NCBI GenBank assembly: GCA_016932045.1 | Contig: JAFGDO010000003.1 | Span: 12,115 to 76,114, forward strand | Direction of reading: 5' to 3' | Length of the DNA: 64,000 nucleotides | DNA from: Candidatus Dojkabacteria bacterium | GTDB lineage: Bacteria; Patescibacteriota; Dojkabacteria; JAHIVN01 | In this document: positions 60,499-64,000 of the stretch, in pieces | Layout: every line of letters starts with the position of its first letter | Numbering within the stretch: position 1 is the stretch's first letter | Notes under the pieces: generated by a model | Told to the model about the DNA's origin: nothing | Database searches by the model: none | What the model saw: only the letters and a program-made list of their open reading frames with translations | Translations under genes and position numbers: made by a program

Positions 60499-61272
60499 TT
60501 GCTACAATTCTTTTATAACTTGGTCGATAAGAAAATGCTAGAGAGTCCTGATAGTACTTGGAAAGAAAAGTCTTATACTTCACAGGAAGCAGTTCAACAT
60601 TTTGTTGATGCCATATCCCGCGCTGATGGAGAATTAATTCCACTGCCTGGAGTAAGATCGAAGCTAGACGAACCTTTATTCATTTCAGCACGTATCGGAC
60701 GAACAGACTTTTGGGGTGATAGGGTCGATGCAATCCTACTTATCGATGTATTTGCTGAGCGTAATGGCGACTTCGAACCAGTTGGGCACTACGACTGGGT
60801 TATAAAGGATCAATCTGCACTTGGTAACAAAAACAGACATGGCCACCTTGAGCAACCGCAAGAGGCTCATCGCAAAGCTGTAAGAAAATGGTCAACAGGA
60901 GAAGCATTTAAAGTTGATGAAACAACTTTTTTCAACTATGCAATGCAGCATGGAGGAATGAGGGGAATGACTGAACTCCGGCAAGCAGGTGTGATTACAG
61001 ATGAAAGTCAATGGCAGGAACGAATATATCAAAGACTTAATGTTGGAGAACATAGGGTTGGAATTGGAAGCCTAATGCTAGTTGCCTCTGCCTGCGTTCT
61101 TCGCAGCTGGGGGATAAACGAACTTGAAGTAGGTTCCCTCTCCCCTTCTGCAAGAGGCGTCTGGGCAAAGTTTGGAAGAACCGACGGGTCGCCTATTAAT
61201 GTTCAGAGGATCTTAGTCCACCCCGTTGCAGTCTCAACAGCAGAGTCATTCCTTAGAAATTCAGAAACTTAA
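60499..61272 (+). CDS. Hypothetical protein with GNAT-like C-terminus
   Basis: EHRVGIGSLML and SARGVWAKFG resemble GNAT motifs A and B; probable start MLESPD. Confidence 0.6.
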   Translation: MLQFFYNLVDKKMLESPDSTWKEKSYTSQEAVQHFVDAISRADGELIPLPGVRSKLDEPLFISARIGRTDFWGDRVDAILLIDVFAERNGDFEPVGHYDWVIKDQSALGNKNRHGHLEQPQEAHRKAVRKWSTGEAFKVDETTFFNYAMQHGGMRGMTELRQAGVITDESQWQERIYQRLNVGEHRVGIGSLMLVASACVLRSWGINELEVGSLSPSARGVWAKFGRTDGSPINVQRILVHPVAVSTAESFLRNSET

Positions 61273-61346
61273 AAAGTTTATATCAGGGCTTTTTTGTGTT
61301 ATATTTTACATAACAATCTACTACTTTATTTTAAATTAAAAATACT

Positions 61347-62120
61347 ATGGAAGGCACACTTCTTGGCTGTTCCACTACCCTTTTTGTAATTGTTGGACTT
61401 ATACTTCTGATGATCCTACTCTCCGGAATCAAGCTTCTTTACCAATACGAACGCGGCGTGGTTTTCACACTTGGTAAATACTCAAGAACTTTAAATCCGG
61501 GTTTGAATATTGTCATCCCGGTTTTACAAACCATGCGAAAGGTTGATATGAGGATTAAGACTAGTGATATACCAAGACAGGAAGTAATGACCAAAGACAA
61601 TATTCCAGTACTTGCAAACGCAGTTGTTTACTACAAAGTTGAAAGACCCGAAGATGCGATCATAAAAATTCAATCATATGACTATGCCGTAACTCAATAT
61701 ACTCAAGCAGCTCTTCGTGATGTAATCGGTAACTCAGAACTTGATGTAGTTCTAACTCAAAGAGAAGAAGTCGCCTCGAGTATCAAACAGATCGTTGATC
61801 AAGAAACATCCGACTGGGGCATAAATATTGAGGCAATCAAAATTCAGGAAATAGAACTTCCTGCTGAGATGAAACGAGTAATGGCAAAACAAGCAGAAGC
61901 TGAAAGAGAAAGAAGAGCTGTAATCATTGCTGCAGATGGCGAACTAAAAGCATCTGAAAATCTTTTGAGAGCTGCTATAAATCTATCCCAGAACCCAACA
62001 GCACTGCAACTTAGAACCCTTCAGACAATCCGCGATATTGCATCTGATCCAAGCGAAAAAATAGTTATGTTTATGCCTTTAGAAGCATCAGATATTCTAA
62101 AGAATGTATTAAAAAGATAA
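61347..62120 (+). CDS. SPFH/stomatin (slipin) family protein
   Basis: YERGVVFTLG, QEVMTKDN, AKQAEAERERRA, LQLRTLQT. Confidence 0.93.
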   Translation: MEGTLLGCSTTLFVIVGLILLMILLSGIKLLYQYERGVVFTLGKYSRTLNPGLNIVIPVLQTMRKVDMRIKTSDIPRQEVMTKDNIPVLANAVVYYKVERPEDAIIKIQSYDYAVTQYTQAALRDVIGNSELDVVLTQREEVASSIKQIVDQETSDWGINIEAIKIQEIELPAEMKRVMAKQAEAERERRAVIIAADGELKASENLLRAAINLSQNPTALQLRTLQTIRDIASDPSEKIVMFMPLEASDILKNVLKR

Positions 62121-62123
62121 TAG

Positions 62124-62789
62124 ATGCTAGACACAAAAATACGTTATCTACAAATTGCATTTAATTATGACGTTGCTGCTGTTTCACGCATACTTCCAAC
62201 AATTCCCTTCGATGAACATATCTTTATAGAGGCCGGAACTCCATTCATAAAAAAAGAGGGTTCAAGAGGAATCAGGTACATATCAAGACTATGGCGCGGA
62301 ATAGTAGTTGCTGACACTAAGGTGTGTGACGGAGCAGTTGGAGAAGTAGACATGGCTCATCAAGCCGGAGCAGATGCCGCAACAGTAATTGGAAATGCAC
62401 CACCCGAGACAATCGATCTTTTTATCCAAAGGTGCAAAGAGCACAAGATGATCTCTATGATAGATATGGTAGGAGTAGCAAACCCTCTAAAGGTTGTCTT
62501 TAAAACAAAATACAAACCAGATGTTGTAGTTCTTCATAAAGGGCGGGACGAGGAGGAAACCAAGGGCAAGACAATTCCATACAAGCATATCAACAAGATT
62601 CGAAGCAAGTACGATTGTCTAATTTCTGCTGCAGGTGGTGTGGATCTGAAGGAATCCAGAAGCGCAATTTTTAACGGAGCAAATATCGTTGTAGTAAACA
62701 TAGTCAGACAAACTGACCCATGGCAAGGGATTGCGAGTAACGCAAATATAGCTCAAATGGCAAGGCAGTTTTTAAAGACTATAGAATAG
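62124..62789 (+). CDS. 3-hexulose-6-phosphate synthase / OMP-decarboxylase-like TIM barrel
   Basis: LQIAFN, IEAGTPFIKKEG, VADTKVCDG, AAGGV. Confidence 0.82.
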   Translation: MLDTKIRYLQIAFNYDVAAVSRILPTIPFDEHIFIEAGTPFIKKEGSRGIRYISRLWRGIVVADTKVCDGAVGEVDMAHQAGADAATVIGNAPPETIDLFIQRCKEHKMISMIDMVGVANPLKVVFKTKYKPDVVVLHKGRDEEETKGKTIPYKHINKIRSKYDCLISAAGGVDLKESRSAIFNGANIVVVNIVRQTDPWQGIASNANIAQMARQFLKTIE

Positions 62790-63055
62790 CGAGTCATCCA
62801 AGGAAAGGAGAAATTGGGAAATTATTACTTGTTAAGAAAATGGAAATAAGAAAACTGTAGCCTCCCAATATATTCATCTAAGAAGCTGTTTAATGAATAT
62901 CTATTTCCCTCTTTTCAATCTCTTTACTAGTTACCAATTTCCACTCCCCATTTTCCATATATTTTATTCCTCTGTTCATAACATTCACACGGTGTGTAAT
63001 TCAGAATTGAATAACCACGTTATATAAGAACGATATAACTTACTTTGGGGATAAA

Positions 63056-63307
63056 ATGAATGAGGAACTGTTTATAAACATACCAGAGCTTCTCAGAGAT
63101 CCTGGAGTCCAACAGCAGGTTGCTGTCTTTGGCGATAAGGCTACACTGACTGCATGGAGACTATCTCATGGCCTAAGCCCACAGGATTTTCCGATACAAC
63201 CATCCTCATTTGGTCCTCATATAGACATATATGGCAATGACGTTGAAAGTTTAATCCCCAAAGACCGAATTCGACCATTTAGATCACTCGCTTCGAAAGA
63301 ACCTTAA
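63056..63307 (+). CDS. Hypothetical protein
   Basis: 83-aa ORF with AT-rich upstream region. Confidence 0.5.
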   Translation: MNEELFINIPELLRDPGVQQQVAVFGDKATLTAWRLSHGLSPQDFPIQPSSFGPHIDIYGNDVESLIPKDRIRPFRSLASKEP

Positions 63308-63496
63308 TCAATCTTTCTAACTCCACCTCATCTGTAATACACATTTTTCCATAGTGCATCAATTATTTTAACCTGATTGCTCCTCTAATTCCTTATACAC
63401 CCTGGGTGATCTATCATTCCAGTTATCCTATTAAGTAGTTACTATTCCCCAAAAATTATGTTATATTATTATTCAATTAATCATTAAAGAATATAT

Positions 63497-64000
63497 ATGC
63501 AAGATCAAAATACACCAGTTACCCAGTCTCAAGAACAAGTTCAACAAGTCCCGACACAACCTGAAAGTGACAGTAAGAAAAAGCCAAATTCAATAATTAT
63601 TTTGTTCTTACTTCTCTTCACCTCCCTCCTCTCATGCGCCATTGGCATTGGAGTTTATTGGTTCCTTACAAAAGATAAGGAAGCAGAACCTGAGCAGAAA
63701 CAAAACTGCACACACAACAATGAAACTTATGACAATGGTGAAACATTTGATGCGGGTGATGATTGCAACGAATGCTTCTGTGATAATGGTAAAGTAACTT
63801 GCACACTACTTTCATGTGATACAGTCGATGAGACTCAATTAACAGAATATGAAAGTGATAACTTTAAGATGAAGTTTAAATATCCTTCAGAGTGGGGAGA
63901 AGTCGATGAAAGAGTAATTGACCAGAATGGTTCATCTGAAGTAATTATTTCCTTTACTGAAAATCCTTATCTATATTTGGAGGGAACTAATTCTAACTTT
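63497..64000 (+). CDS. Partial membrane-anchored surface protein with pacifastin/VWC-like Cys module (truncated by window end)
   Basis: MQDQNTP..., TM, CTHNNETYDNGETFDAGDDCNECFCDNGKVTCTLLSC, then YESDNFKMKFKYPSEW; 168 open codons. Confidence 0.8.
   Translation, partial: MQDQNTPVTQSQEQVQQVPTQPESDSKKKPNSIIILFLLLFTSLLSCAIGIGVYWFLTKDKEAEPEQKQNCTHNNETYDNGETFDAGDDCNECFCDNGKVTCTLLSCDTVDETQLTEYESDNFKMKFKYPSEWGEVDERVIDQNGSSEVIISFTENPYLYLEGTNSNF

Overview
AT-rich chromosomal segment, most genes on the minus strand. Gene content points to a Patescibacteria/CPR bacterium (inference): ATP-dependent ligase, VirB2/TrbC-like pilin array with a VirD4-like ATPase, membrane-anchored Clp ATPase, FtsA-like plus baseplate-J-like pair, protease-less Lon and tRNA-Ile(UAU). 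Housekeeping genes: polA, ftsH, smpB, groES-groEL with CIRCE, rplY, jag, yidC, frameshifted rsmI, three tRNAs. No rRNA, CRISPR array or transposase seen. Most unusual features: (1) each of the three tRNA genes has on its left side a ~25-nt copy of its own left end, split 17-18 nt + 8 nt by a related 73-85 nt hairpin element (C[AT]CAA...TAGTCCC...GGGA, no target duplication), one copy forming part of an enlarged tRNA-like cloverleaf; (2) a nucleotide-centred cluster at 39.9-46.3 kb: two deoxyribosyltransferase-like/ribbon-helix-helix fusions flanking a SLOG gene, a PfkB kinase, a candidate sRNA with its own promoter and terminator, a dikinase with two ATP-grasp domains and no PEP barrel, and a UDG; (3) a set of Lys-poor, Arg-rich orphan proteins. 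All product calls come from motif recognition by eye; no database searches were run.
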